Positions 37,791 to 52,099 of a DNA stretch of 64,000 bases are shown one piece after another. The notes under the pieces were generated by a model. It was given only the letters and a program-made list of their open reading frames with translations, was not told where the DNA came from and did not search any database. The stretch comes from Schmidtea nova. Its lineage: Eukaryota. Numbering within the stretch: the first letter of the stretch is position 1; the number at the start of each line of letters is the position of its first letter. The stretch covers positions 349,494,001 through 349,558,000 of the forward strand of contig CM097882.1 in the NCBI GenBank assembly GCA_044892505.1. The letters run 5' to 3'. The position numbers were made by a program, and so were the translations under genes.

Positions 37791-39519
37791 ATTTTATTTA
37801 CATTAATAGAGTTCAGATAACGCCAAGGTTTGAAACATCACCACATGTGNNNNNNNNNNNNNNNNNNNNNNNNNNNNNNNNNNNNNNNNNNNNNNNNNNN
37901 NNNNNNNNNNNNNNNNNNNNNNNNNNNNNNNNNNNNNNNNNNNNNNNNNNNNNNNNNNNNNNNNNNNNNNNNNNNNNNNNNNNNNNNNNNNATATATTTG
38001 TATGTCAAAGAAGGATGCGAAATGATAATAATTAAATAATTATAAAAATTCAAATTAAAAGAAAATGACAGTAATTGCCATAAAGAAAATTTTGGAATAT
38101 TAAAAACAAGTTTTAAAGAAATTGATTGGAAAAATACAAGTTAGAAAATAAACAAAATTTTTACATACAAGAGAAATTACAAGAATAAGAAAAATCAGAA
38201 GAAACACTTTTATTATTTCATTGTGAGTAGCCTTTTAATTTTAGTTACTTTGGATAAATAAAATTGTTATTAAAGTTATTATTTGTTTATCATTTGTTGC
38301 TGCAGAAACATATATCAGCACACACCATGTAATCACATGCTATTACATAATATAAGACAGATTATGTTTTTATAAATTATTATGTAATTTTATACCTTTT
38401 GAGGTAATTTATACAGTTTAAGGATAAATAGCTTGTGTCAGAGCGTTCACTTCTCCCTATAAATGTCTGCCATTTTTGATGGTTTATATAAACTACTACT
38501 AATACTACTAATAACTTTTTCTAAACATTTAGATTTTTTAATCCGTTAATTATTTTCATTTACTATATATTTTAATCTGTTAAAGTAATTTATCTTTTAT
38601 ATGTTAAATAAACATGATTTAATGGTTATTACTTGTATTCACTTTCTGATTTTCTGTTTATAACCCTGTGAAATTTGAGAGATTTAATCAATTTTTTAAT
38701 ATATAAATGCTCATAATAATTTTGAAATATTTTTCACTTCAATATGACAAAAATCAATTATTTTAATAAATGTCCAAAAATCAATAGATAATTTCTACAT
38801 AAATTCGTTTTATGAAACTTTCAAGTGGTTTGGTGGTGTTTAAATATTTTTTTTAATTTTCATAGCTGATCAATTATATTCTGATTTAACTAAATATTCA
38901 NNNNNNNNNNNNNNNNNNNNNNNNNNNNNNNNNNNNNNNNNNNNNNNNNNNNNNNNNNNNNNNNNNNNNNNNNNNNNNNNNNNNNNNNNNNNNNNNNNNN
39001 NNNNNNNNNNNNNNNNNNNNNNNNNNNNNNNNNNNNNNNNNNNNNNNNNNNNNNNNNNNNNTTTAATAATATTAAAATAATTTTTCAATAATAGTGTTTG
39101 GTTATATGTTTTGAGTTGGTTTATTATCTGACTTCTATTGCTCCTATAATTGAGAAATTACCAAAGCAATTACAATAAATTTGAATATTTATTTCTACCA
39201 ATTTACAAAGGATAAACAAATCAATATAATTTTTATTTTCTGCAAAAACACTCAGCACTCTTTTCTGTTCCCGTTAAATATTTTACTTAGACCAAAAATG
39301 ACTATTTACTGTTGTTTGTTGTTTCTTTTATAGTAGTTACGTTGCGACAACAATACAATTAAATTTCCTGAAATGGAAAAATAGTATGATGATTTTCCCT
39401 TTTATGGTTTCTAATTTGCTGATCCGAAATGATTATTTCTCCTTCTAATTTAATTTACCTCGGTCTCCGATTCTAGTAATCCAATTTTATATCTGTTTTT
39501 TTACTCTGAATCGAGTTTC

Positions 39520-39735
39520 ATATTAGTTCGTGTTTTCCATTGACTCGTGTTTCCTACATAACTAATAAATTATTCATTAATTTTTAATTAATTTTTATTT
39601 ACTGAATATCTTTTTTCTGGGGACCCCCTTTGACATTTTATTACTAAATTTGTACTCATCCGTAGGTACCAATTTCCCCAGCACGATGTCAATTTTTAAT
39701 TTTTCAAAATTTTATTTTAATTTTTGTACTTATTT
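39520..39735. repeat. Dispersed repeat, similar to 17036-17260
   Basis: See the 17036 entry. Confidence 0.6.
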
Positions 39736-40299
39736 ATCAATTGTAATTTTTCAGTCTTTTTATTGATTTGCCCCAAATTCCCCACGCACTCTCGTCTTAT
39801 CTTGCGCTACTTTAGACAAACCTCAACAATAGTTATGCAATAAATAAATTTTTATATAATTAATTTTGTAAAAACTAATTTAAAATATATTTGCAGATTG
39901 TTTCGATCTAAATTATGAATTTTCCTTTAATTATAACTAATTATAGAAAGTAAAAAATAATAAAATTTGTACCTTGTTCTTGTAGCATTCTTTGCATCAT
40001 TCTTAAAGAGAAATCTAAATTTTAAAACATACAAACTTTGAAAAAGCTGTTCCGAAAATGTGTGTACTTTAAAATAATTTATCAGTAGTTATTATAAAAA
40101 TATACGATATTTCAGAAATAGAATAGAAAAGAAATAATGTGATAATTAAAAATGTTGATGATTTGTCTTATTATAAACCTTTGTCTGGTCTTTTTCCAAA
40201 TTATTTGAAAAACTTATTTTTAATTCAATGATTTTCCACTTAATTAAATTTGTCATTAAAAATTGAATAAAACGTTTCTTATAATCATAATATTATTTT

Positions 40300-40515
40300 A
40301 ATTTAATAATTTTCATATTATTTTTTGAAGACTAAATTAAAATTTTTTTTTGTTGTTAGGTGCATGATATTTCAGCACAGTATTTGTCAATTGTGTATAG
40401 GAAATACACACTCGATAAAGGCTATACCGAAATATCGTGTACCTAACTACCAAAAATAATCTATCTAGTCTTACAAAAATTAATATGAAAATCATTGAAT
40501 TAAAGAGATCAAAGA
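40300..40515. repeat. Older stand-alone head-to-head pLTR palindrome with degenerate hammerhead motifs
   Basis: gatatttcagcacagtatttgtcaa...acacactcgataaaggctataccgaaatatcgtgt, with the right arm ending gagatcaaag. Confidence 0.7.
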
Positions 40516-41254
40516 AACCATAAAGATAATTATAAAAATTATTATTTATTCTTGTTGAAAAAAAGTTTTAACAATAAAATCCTTTTGAATTTTTTTTATT
40601 TGTTTATTAATGATAAATTATTTTGACAAAGACGGCGAAGCATAAAAATAAATTCAACTTAATATTAACTTATAATTTGTCAGTAAATTATATAGTATTC
40701 AATATCTCTAATTTTTATTCTGAGAACAAAAGTTAAATAAAAAATATCATAAATTATTAATGTACATGAAAAAAAATTTTTCTTCAATTAAATTATAAAT
40801 TTCAAATTGTTAAATATATAGTAAAAAATATATTTCAAAATAATTTTGAATTTATATAAAATACAAAAGTTTTTTATAATGTTGCTATTGTTTTTACATA
40901 TAGAAGTTTAGAAAAATTTATTTAAAAAACAATTTCGACATTAAAGATTAATCATTTTTTTTGAAAGAAAATGGCACAATGTCAGCATGCCAAGTTACGG
41001 TAGATGAATAAAATTATTATTGTGATATCAACAATAGTGAAACTAGTAAATCAAAAAAAAATTCTTTTTTCAAATCCGTGCTTTATGCGAGCAGAACTCC
41101 ACTTGGCTGAGAAATTTTTTTTTGCAATTTATATTACATTTACACGCAAAATTTCTCTGAAGGCACCAACACATTTACCTCTCGTCCATTGTTAAATGTA
41201 TGGGGAAATTCAAATTGTTATTTAGTTAACTTAATTAACTTTTTTTGGTCAAAT

Positions 41255-41402
41255 TTATCAATTTCCATGTATTGTCACCGGAAGTGAGCAAGTGTGCAAA
41301 ATTTGAAGTGAATCGGTTGAGAGAAAAGCAATAAAAAATTGATTTGTAATTTTGTGGCACACACATATATATAGAAAGCAACCTTATATAAAGCATGGAA
41401 AA
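41255..41402 (+). mobile_element. Short DINE-1/Helentron-associated-like element
   Basis: caaaatttgaagtgaatcgg...tgtggcacacacatatatat...ttatataaagcatggaaaaa; similar to the reverse complement of 28053-28215. Confidence 0.4.
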
Positions 41403-43232
41403 AGAATGTTGATTTATCTTGTAGAAATAAAATGATTAGCCACCCATAAAAACAGTTGTAGTGTATCTAAAGGACCATTTACCAAGAAAAGTAATTGATA
41501 ATTTATTCTTTGTAGACTTTTGTAAAAGTGCGAATATATTTGATTAAAGTTCTTAAAAAATAAGGTTTGTTCAACCTTTGTTTAGAGAATTTAAAATTTT
41601 TCATTTGTTGAGTACTGTTATTTATTAAAAAATGTGCTGAACCAGATTAGAGTTTGTCTTACCAAAACTTTAAAAGTCCAACAATATTAAATTTGTTTTT
41701 GTATGAGTTGTTTTCTCTATTATAGCTATTAGATCTAATAATAACTTTATAAAAAGCTTGTCAAATAACAGTCGATTTTTTTGAATTTAAGTAAAATTAG
41801 ATATCAGTGCTGACGAATTAGCAAACAGAAGCAGTTTAGCTATATGATAATAATATAATCCTTTTAATTAAGATTATTATATTTTTACTACTTATTTCTA
41901 ATAGTAGTATAATAATAATTAAATTTACTTAAATTTAGATATGAATAAGACGGACGGCAAAACTGGTATTTTATAAATATGTTGACACAAAATTCCTCTT
42001 CAACATGGAATATATTATTAGAATTATTAATAAAGATGCAGTGGTATCTATTTACTTTAATAAAATATTCAATGTAGGAATTCAAAATGACTATTTTATT
42101 TCATATACATTTACAAATTTATTTACTGTTTTCTATAAAAAAGCGTTATCAAAAAATATATTATTTTAATTTCTCATTATAATATATGCCATAATTTATT
42201 GGAAACTTTCATTAAACCTTATCTGAAATTGTTTTATCACCCTCCCCATTCTGTTGATTTTTCTATATTGTTTTCAATGTGCACTAATGATTCCAAATGA
42301 AATTCATTTATTTTTGATCAAGATATATAATTAATTTTTAATCGAAAATCCTTTCTTCAGTTACAATAAAATCATTTCAACGTGAATTGTCCAAAAAATT
42401 CAAGAGATCTTTGCAACTTTCATTTTTGAGCGGAAAAACTGTCAAATAACAAAATTTGCGTTTAAAATCTTACAACTATTATTTCACATATTTTTATAAT
42501 TTACTTATCTAATTATTGCACACAAGTTTTCGGGGGGGGGGCGTTTTCTCCAACTGCCATATCAATAAACTATTTTGCGGAATATCAAAGCAACTGATTG
42601 TACTTTTGTGATGGACATTAAGAGAAATGATTCAATGTAAAACCAAATGAAAATAAATTAGTTTTTGCATGGATGTTTTCCAATAAATTAAACTGACATT
42701 CATCCCCAAGTACTCACTTAAGGGCGACCCATATATAATGAGCTAGTTATGCATAAATTATTAATGACAGACTGGAAATTTAAATTCGATAAAATGTTTT
42801 GCAAAAAAGCAAATTACTTTCTTTATTGTATGAAATGTTAAATTTTTTGACAGACCCAGGATATTTGATTTTCTGAATCCGGATTACGATATGAGTGTTG
42901 GGAAAATTTGAATAATTTAGTTGATTATTTCATTATGGAAATATTTATTATTATTTTGACAATATTTTAATTAATTATTTTAGCTCATTATATCCTTTCG
43001 ATAAATAATTTAAAATTTTTTTCACATTAATCTTTAAATTATACTTAATATCTAATAAAAACATGTAAAAACAAATTAATATTAAAAAAAATAACCGAAT
43101 AATAAAAGATTTTAAAGACCTATTTCTTTGAGTTTCATTTTATTAATTGTAAAATATTTATTCTATTTCATATTTCGGTTTCCTTTTTTTTAAAGTCAAA
43201 ATAGGGATTTTTTTTGAAAATTGAATTGACTA

Positions 43233-45753
43233 CCGTCTTCCCTCGAATAAAGGGACCGGTCCTTCTATTCGATTTCTTTTTTTATATTGATATTTTAAAA
43301 ATTGGTAAAAAAATTGAATATAAGGACTTTTGAATATAAGGACTAGTCCTTATATTCTAATAATGGGACTGAAATTTAAAATTAATGGTAAATTGAATAT
43401 AAATATAAAGTTTATTCACTCGTTTTTCAATATATTAATTCATTTCAAGATACAAACTATGTAACATATTAATTTTTAAAAAAATTTTAAAGCTGTATTC
43501 GCTAAAAACAATAAAATAATAATATTATATAACAAAATAAAGAAGAATAACATAACCATTTTATAAAATAGAACTTTAAATTTAAAGTTTATACCCATAG
43601 TATTCTTGGCAACTTACAAAAGTTAATTTTTTCAAACTATTTTCCGCTTCATAAAGAACTTCATTTATTTTGGCATATTCTTCATTTAGTTCTATTAAGT
43701 TTATTTCTCATTTTTCATGTATTGAAACAGCTTTTAATTCCAAACGTGTACTCGTGCACTTACCTCTTAATATAGCATTGATATCCGTTTCATCATATAC
43801 ACCACCAAAAATCGTGTCTGTTTTTATTATATTAACTATTTTTGGTCCATAGATCTTTATCCATTCTACAAAATCCATTGCTTCATCATTTGGTATCAAA
43901 TTCATAATACATATAAAGAAACTGGTTTTTGGTATACTATTTACTGGCCAAAACCAATCTGAAGGATCCTCATCAAAATAACAATTTTGTTTCAAAACAG
44001 CTCCATACAGTTCTAACCACTCGTATGTATCCATTAATGGTGATAGCAACATTTTTAATGGGGTATGTAATTTTTCTACATTAAAGCTTTCCCTTGGGCC
44101 TATTCCACACACTGAAAAAGAATTTTGGACTTTTTGTTCTGTTTGTGCCTTGATCCAATTTAGAGTCCAATCTGAAACTTTAAGATACGATGGGATTTTT
44201 GGATTAGCTGATTTGGTTTGCAATTCATCATTTAACAGTGCACTTGCTATATAAGTGTCATATTGAGTACTATAAAACTCCTGAAAACTACGATTTTGCA
44301 CCACATCTAACGGCTGTAAAATTCCCGTTAAATTCGGTGGAATCAGTACTATAAATATATTCATTTTTTCCCACTTTTTGCTTTTATATAGTTTAACGTG
44401 AGGACCATAACTATCGATTAAAAGTAAAATTGGTTGTCGATAAAACGAAGTTTCTATTCTTTTTACGATGTTATTTTTAATGTAATTGTCCAAAATGTCG
44501 TCGTTCCACATCCCGGTTTTGTTGACGTCAACAAGACAACCCTCACTCACAGTCGGTTTATTTTTTAAATTCGAAAAAAGTATATGAGGTGGTAAAATTT
44601 TGCCTGCCATTGTTATACTAAATGTCACAGTACATCGCTTGTGAGCTGATGATGCCTTTCGAAGTAAGACATTATGAGAACCTTTTCGTGTTATAGTTGA
44701 TTTTTGTTCACTTTCAAAATAACGAGGTACTTGGTCCATATTGATAACATTATTTGGAGTAATATTTTTTTCCTCTAATATTTGAAAAATATTTTCGTGG
44801 AAGCTGGTAATGATGTTAAACACATTCTTAGGTAGCTAACGCGATGACGTCTGACGTCTGGAAACTAAATTAAACCTTTTTTAAATTTTCTAGCCAACCT
44901 TTAGTGATTTTAAAATCAACGTAGTCCTGCCTTTTATCTTTATCATATAAAATTGCAGATAAATCTTTAGCTTTAATTTGTATTTAACTATCTTTCACCT
45001 GTAGTTCATTTTTATTCCTTTCCGTCAGCCATTCAACTAATAACTGCTCCAGTTCTGCAAATTTCTCTTTTCGTCCACCACCTTCTAACCGCCTTAAGTT
45101 TTTTATTGAGACATCATGTTTGTTAAGCAGTATTTTAAAATCAGCTCTCTGACTATACCACCTTTTCTAATTTGTAACAGGAACTCCGGTTTCATTTGAA
45201 AGTTTTTGAAATCCATAGATGTCTTTTTTATATTTGCTTATAATATTTAGCTTTTGCTGAACTGTATATGATTTTCTTCCATTACTTTTATTTATTGACA
45301 TTCTAAAATAGGTTTAAAATAATAAATAATAGTAGCATAACTACTTATAATGTAAATGTTCAAATTTATGATATTTTACTTACATTGAAGCTTCTGCAGC
45401 TCAGGAACGCACAAGATTTTTGTTATTATATTTTATTAAAACTTGGATATTTCTTAATTCGATTTTTTAATATTAATACTTTAAAAATACCAGTCACATA
45501 TAATTTTGTTAAATATAAACAAAATCAAAAAGCATTTTGTTTGTTGGTTACGATTAAAATGTGAATTTGAATAAACGTTTTTTTTAATTTTAATTACAGT
45601 TTCAATTTGACAGATTGATATATCCGACAGGAAAAGATTTAAAGTTGTTGGACTTCCCTTGAATAAAAGGACAGGTCCTTCTTTTAAAATAAACGGTCCA
45701 GTGGTCCTATTATTTGAAAGGAAGGACCAGTCCTTTTATTCGAGGGAAGACGG
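43233..45753 (-). mobile_element. Full-length pogo-superfamily DD35D element (POGK/Passer-like), coding-disrupted
   Basis: ~33-bp TIRs ccgtcttccctcgaataaa[g/a]ggac[c/t]ggtccttc with TA TSDs at 43231-43232 and 45754-45755. Confidence 0.92.
43708..45301 (-). pseudogene. pogo transposase: Brinker/psq HTH + CENP-B HTH + DDE_1 + long C-terminal extension
   Basis: RKSYTVQQKLNII, GGGRK...LEQLLVEW, KGWL, NMDQVP, LLIDSYGPH, QPLDV with 35 residues between the 2nd and 3rd Asp. Three stops and one frameshift 5' of the 371-aa ORF. Confidence 0.9.
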
Positions 45754-46141
45754 TAATTTGAATTTAATAAAATTCTTTATTTTCTCAAAAAATGTTTTAA
45801 AAACTTTCTTTTTTTATAATAAAGATATGAGAAAAAGTAGTAATATTATAATCTGTAATTTTCACAAGCAAATTAAAACTGACTAATGAGTAGGAAGAAG
45901 TGTGGACTTCTGAACAAAATAAATTACGTAATCGATAAATCACAGTCAATCAAAATCGAGTAAGTCTGTCATTTTTTGGAGACCCAACATAAATTATTTT
46001 TACGTAATTGATGATTCATTTTATTTTTAGTATATAATTTTTATTTTAAATCAAAGGTCATGGTCAAATCTTTTTAAAAATTCAAATATTTCAAAGGCTA
46101 ACAGACAAAAGACAAATATTAACAATTAATTACAATTCATC

Positions 46142-46302
46142 AAATATTTTCTTGATTGGACTAGATTTCTGAAAACTGAAAACAGATTGCATTTTATAAT
46201 AATAATTAATTTTGGTTTTTTTATTTAGACGCGTCATCTTTTGTGTGCAACAAATATGATTAGAGCATTTGTATTGTACATGACATGCATGAATGAAAGT
46301 TC
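46142..46302. repeat. Dispersed repeat, similar to 26660-26800
   Basis: See the 26660 entry. Confidence 0.7.
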
Positions 46303-46909
46303 AAAAAAGTTACAATAGATTTAATAAAAAATAATTATTAAACAATTATAAATACTTCTTACTAAAAATTAATAGTCGTTACTTTACCATCAAAAACATT
46401 ACTTTTCTTTCAATAAATAATACTTATAAAACTTTTTTAATCAATAAAATAAAGACTTAAAATGAAGATCTTAAACAAATAAAAAATAGCCAAATATACA
46501 AAAATGATTTAGTGAAAAGTTTATTCTTTTTTTTTGCAATTGCAGAAAAATACATTTTCGTAATTCTTTTCTCTGCATCCATTTATGGTATTTCTGTGTT
46601 CTATGTTGACAGCTCTCGTATCGATAGACACAGACGAAGTGATTGCTGCAGCCTAGTAGATCTTCATCCAAAACTTTATTTAAATTAATTCCTCTTTAGG
46701 CCAGGATTTAAAAAAGGAGTAACTCCGGAGCCCAGTATATCAGCTTGTTCATCAGTCTTAGGTAGAGATCCTTTTTTTGTTATTAGTACAAAAATTATTT
46801 TATCTAAAACGAATGTACATATCAAAAACATATCATTTAAATAATCTAATTTTACCAATAGTTATTTAGAGACATCTTTTAGATATAAATATATTAAAAA
46901 AGCTATTGA

Positions 46910-46924
46910 TACACACACACTCAA

Positions 46925-46996
<72 letters not shown>
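46910..46996. repeat. (AC)n/(AT)n compound microsatellite
   Basis: Directly visible. Confidence 0.9.
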
Positions 46997-46999
<3 letters not shown>

Positions 47000-47088
47000 T
47001 GAATACACCATAATACAATGAAAATCAAGAATTTTTATTTCATTTTTTGGCGATGATTAATAAAAATTATAATTATAATACTTATTAC

Positions 47089-48540
47089 TAGAGCAACCGA
47101 AAATATGCATTTGCATATTTTGCATTTTTTTGTCATATTTTATGCATAACTGCATAATTTTGCATATTTTGCTTTATAAAAAAAAACAACAAAATATACA
47201 CCGCTTATGGTACAATATTCATTCCAGATCGTTTTACTCCTTAAAAACTGTATTTTGATAACATTGAAATAAAGCAATTCTATTTAAAAAGTACGATAAA
47301 GATGATTGCAATGTCATAACTAATTAATTTTTAATCATTTTTAAATTACCATCGCGAAACGTTATTTATCAATTTATCACATAATTAAATTTGGCATTAT
47401 TCAATAAACAAATAAATATTACCTTACAGTTGTGATTTTTAGGAATAACTAAAAATAAATTGTCTTTGTAGGCAAAAATTAATCGAGTTTTAATTAAATC
47501 ATTTACGATATGATTATTGAATTCTTGTTGTGGCAATAAAGAAAGTGCGTTAAATATCCCTTTAAAATAGTATGTATAAAAAGTATATAATAATTAACAT
47601 GGGTTTATTCTGTCGCACCTATTTCTAGAAAAGTTGTTAACTCTTTATTCGCATCCAGCAAAGATTTAGAAATTATGCCGAAAGAAAAGCAATCAATTTC
47701 GAACAGATTAAATCATTATGTAAGTCAATATCCAGACTTTAAAACCGATGGAAAAATACTGTACTATAAGGTGTGCAATAAGTCAGTGTCTGCAGAGAAA
47801 ATATTTACCCTAAAACAGCATCTAGAAAGTGCAAAACACATTAAAATCAACGAATGAGATATTGCGAACAAGGTAACACAGCAGTTGATTGGAGAACTTT
47901 CCATATCTTTACTTGATACCCAATTCGGAGAAGATTTGTGCAGTGCATTTATTGCTGCAGATATACCGTTTTACAAAATGCACCACGAAAAAAATTCGTT
48001 CTTGAAAAATACACGAATCACAGAGTTCCATCGGAAACTACTCTTCGTTCAAATCACATCAAAAATCTTTATAACGTAGCTATGGATAACATAAAAAGTT
48101 GCATTGAAAACCGTTTTTTTGTGGTTCTCGATTGATGAAACTACAGATGTTGCTGGTAGATCGTGTCAAATGTTATCATTGGAATTTTGGATAATGATGA
48201 GCTGATTTCAAACAAAAAGTTTTTATTGAATATTGCACTTCTTGATTCGGCTAACCAAACAACAATTGCTAGACTATTTGATGATTTGGTTAGAAGTTTG
48301 GATGAAAACTTTGACAAAGATTTCATCTTGCTATTTATATCAGATGCTGCACCGTATATCGTAGAGGCTGCAAAAGCTAATCAAACATTTTACCAAAAAA
48401 AACTTATTTGACATGTCTTGCCCATAGTCTCCATCGAGTATGTGAGCAAATTCGAGAATTATATCTGAATGTTTATCGTTTGATTTCAAGTGTAAAAAAA
48501 GTATTCCTGAAGGCACCTTCCAGAGTCAAGAGTTTTAAAC
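47089..48540 (+). mobile_element. 5' part of a degenerate hAT with CGGBP1/DUF659-like transposase
   Basis: TIR-like tagagcaaccgaaaatatgc with GCATA repeats. Fragments FKTDGKILY.KVCNK...QHLESAKH, DLCSAFIAADIP, IDETTD, FISDAAPY, TCLAHSLHRVCEQIR, VKKVFLKAPSR. Confidence 0.85.
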
Positions 48541-49418
48541 ATCTTTTACAACATCTTCAACAGTGTATTCTTGTTGACACAGTGTAATGATTTCATCATC
48601 ATGAATGACTTCTTCTGTTTAAATCATATCCTCTTCAACCATTATTTGGCCAAGCTCATTCTTGGGTGTCTCAAAAACGGGATCTGATGACAAGTTTTCT
48701 TCAGCATAAGATCCGTGAAGACACTTTTCCTATGGCCTGAAACATCAACATCATTCATTGAATTTGCTTCTCCATGGAGAACTTTCAATTTCAGATTAAA
48801 TCGATTTTTGAATCTATAGAGCCATCCGTTGCTGAATTGCAGGTCATCAACATTTAGTTTTTGTCCAAATTCCTTTGATTTTGTAATGATAATTTCATCA
48901 GTCACGTAACCATTTATCGCATCCATTCGATCAATGAATTCTCAAGAAGAGAATGAATTTTCAAAGATTGTCTGGAGCAAGTGTTTGAGCTTTCACAATT
49001 TTTCCATTTCTCTTTATTTTTCAAAATATTTGATAACGTAGAAATTCCTAGGTCCAGATTTAATTCTCTTCTGATAATTTGAGACAATTCAATCAGCGAC
49101 ATTTTCTTCGACTCCTTTATTGCACAAATTTTTGCGTTTTGATGAATTGTAATTTCTGTTCTTTTTCTTGCCACATGGATATTTAATTTAAGAAAATTAA
49201 AATTGTAAACAAGCTTTATATTATACAACATTAATCCGAAACTTAAAAAAATTATTAGAAATTCTATTCAAAAAAGAGCTTTGTGATTGCGGATCATGAA
49301 GTTTCGGATTAATGAATCAAATTTGTCTGGAAACGTTTGAAAATTGACGAAAGACATAAGTCGTTTTTGGACTATGAAGTTTTCGAACTATTGAAGTTCG
49401 GATTAATGAGGGTTGACT
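48541..49418 (-). mobile_element. Tigger-type pogo remnant with internal deletion
   Basis: TIR-like (t)agtcaaccctcattaatccgaac next to (TA)n. ORFs RKRTEITIHQ...STLSNILKNKEKW and FSNGWLYRFKNRFNLKLKVLHGEA (CENP-B HTH domains). DDE core missing. Confidence 0.85.
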
Positions 49419-49434
49419 ATATATATATATATAT

Positions 49435-49635
49435 TATCAATAATTCTCATAATGACTTTAGATCAAAAAAAAAATTTTTTTTAACAATAACACAATATTT
49501 CGGCACAGCCTTTATCAAGATACACACTTGATAAAGGTTGTGCCGAAATATTGTGTTATTGTTTATAAAAAAAAAATTTTTGATCTATAGTCATTATGAG
49601 AATTATTGATAATAATAATAAAAAAAGATCAAAGG
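49435..49635. repeat. Young stand-alone head-to-head pLTR palindrome; + strand hammerhead at 49524-49556
   Basis: Arms 49435-49519 and 49527-49612 are near-perfect inverted copies with a 7-bp spacer (atacaca). Confidence 0.9.
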
Positions 49636-50977
49636 NNNNNNNNNNNNNNNNNNNNNNNNNNNNNNNNNNNNNNNNNNNNNNNNNNNNNNNNNNNNNNNNN
49701 NNNNNNNNNNNNNNNNNNNNNNNNNNNNNNNNNNNNNNNNNNNNNNNNNNNNNNNNNNNNNNNNNNNNNNNNNGTGGAATGACTTTAATTGTAATAATTT
49801 AGTAACTGTCATTCAGAATTGTAATGGTCTATTGTAATTTAACAAAAAAGTGGACATAAACACCATGACGATAATACACTGTCAATAAATAGTCACGTAT
49901 TAAAGTCCACTTGAAAACAACCACAGTGAAAAGAAATTTCCATCTATAAAAGATCCCACGGACATGGTTAAATAGTGCAAGTCAATTATAGTAGGTAAAA
50001 CAATGGTAAAACCCCGCAAATTCAAATCATAGAACCTCAAAAAAAGCTGTTTGTTGAGGAAAAAAACCGATGAACGTTAATGACAGAATAATAAATGTCT
50101 GACGTTCCACGAAATTGTTTGTTTTTGGTAGCTGGTTTACCGAAATTTTACGTATAAATCGGCAGCCAGCATCCATGAAGTGGTGGTATCTCAATATCTC
50201 AATATTTAATTCTCTCAAATAATATTATTTATACAGAGCTTTAATTTTAATTGTCTGTAAATAATATTCACAGGGACTTTTTTGGGATTTCCTGGGTTAT
50301 TGTCTTAAGTCTCTTCATAATTACATGGAAATTTTCTTTTTAATTTAAGTTAAAGACATTTTGCAAATATTGTATTTTTTATTATATATTAATTGAATAA
50401 ATGTAAATGAGCATAACAAACGGTGCAGTGTATGATATTGATGCATTAAATATTATATTTATTTGTTAATTGAAAATATATCTTTATATTCTTCTATTCC
50501 CCCAGGAAACATATTCCATCTGTCTAACAAATTATTTTGTATTAATCTTTCTAGATGCAAGTAGTAAATGACGTGATACTGATGTCATCACTAATAAGGT
50601 TTTAATATTTCTTTACTTCTATTGAGATATACGTCTGCTGAATAAAGTATAATAGAATAAATATTTAATCTTTCAATAATTCTCCTTCTTTTAAATATTT
50701 TTAAATAGGTATTTTTAGTTTTTGATTAATATTAAATTCAATTAAAAAAAATAATTTCAAAGGTGCATTTATTCCAAAAATCCGGAAAAAAAATTAATTT
50801 CCTAAACGGTTGATTTTCAGAATTTTCAAAAAACAAGGAGATAAAAGATAAATACAGAGTTTAGATTATGTAATTAAATTGAAAAATAATTTAAATAGTG
50901 TTAAATTCTACTAAACAACATAACGATATTTAAAGAACTTCTAAATAATTAAATAAATATCATAATTATCTTTATGT

Positions 50978-51095
50978 TTCACCTTTGATCTTTTTTTATT
51001 ATTAATATCAATAATTCCCATAATGTGTGTATACACACTTGATAAAGGCTGTGCCGAAATATTGTATACTTATTTAAAGAAATTTTGATCTTTAG
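50978..51095. repeat. Deleted pLTR palindrome with hammerhead core at 51035-51067 (+)
   Basis: ttcacctttgatc...cataat fused to gtgtgtatacacacttgataaaggctgtgccgaaatattgt. Confidence 0.8.
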
Positions 51096-52099
51096 ATGCT
51101 ATGCGGTGGCACGCGTTCTTGCTTACGCACACGTGTACTCATTTAGCGGGGGAAATCGGTATGCCTGTATGTCGAATTGTGAATCTAAAAATGGTAAGAT
51201 AAAATCAATGGGTGTCCCTAAAAGAAATGAATTAAAAATGAATAAATTAATTAATTAACAGGCTAATGGAAAATGTGAGCTAATGGGAAACCCAAGCTAA
51301 TGGAGAACCCGAGTAGTGTGGGATATCCGGGCGAGATAATTAACCCTGAGAAAATTGATGTCAAAAGAAATCCGGGGAGCATAATTAACTAAGAGATAAT
51401 TGATGCCTTGCTTTTAATTGAAGTAATTAGGAAATGACAATTGGGAGTAACTAACAGACAGATTGGTAAGAAAAACTCATTAAAATGAGCAATATATCAA
51501 GGAAATGATATATCAAGGAAATGAGCAATATATTAAGTGGTCGAATACAAAAGGTCAGTCAACAATTATCAAACGAGAATACAAAGTTAGACGAGTTAAA
51601 GGTTAAATTAATTATTCACAGGCTAAACGAAAAGGAGATCTTCCTTTGGAATATGTATACATGCGCTAAATTGGAAAAAGCAGTTCACAAAGTTATTGTG
51701 AATTTTTATTACAGAGACTTGTGTTGTCAGAAATTGTATCAAAGATTTGTGTTAATTCTCATTGCGAATAAAATTATTCTGTTTTGGTTATTTTCTTGAA
51801 TCAATTTTAATAACACCATGAAATCAGACAGACAGTACCGACTAATTAATAAATACCCAACATTTATTAAGTCAACCTTTACATCGGATAACGTATGAAA
51901 TAAACCAAAATTAATTTTTAAAATAAATTTAAGTTAACATGTTCAAATAACCCAAAAAATCTACTTAGGGTTAGTTTTCAGTAAACGCGCACAGCAGTTA
52001 TGTAGTGACATGGTGAGTAGAACATGAAAATAAAATAATTCGGGACATGTGTGAACAAAATAAATAATAGATTGATTATTACAATTAAAATATATATAA

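Noticed and set aside
51097-52050. LTR-like GC-richer tract with short repeats (gctaatgg x3, atatatcaaggaaatga x2) and a possible PBS tggtgagtag
   Set aside because: Does not match the downstream 145-bp LTR; boundaries could not be defined.
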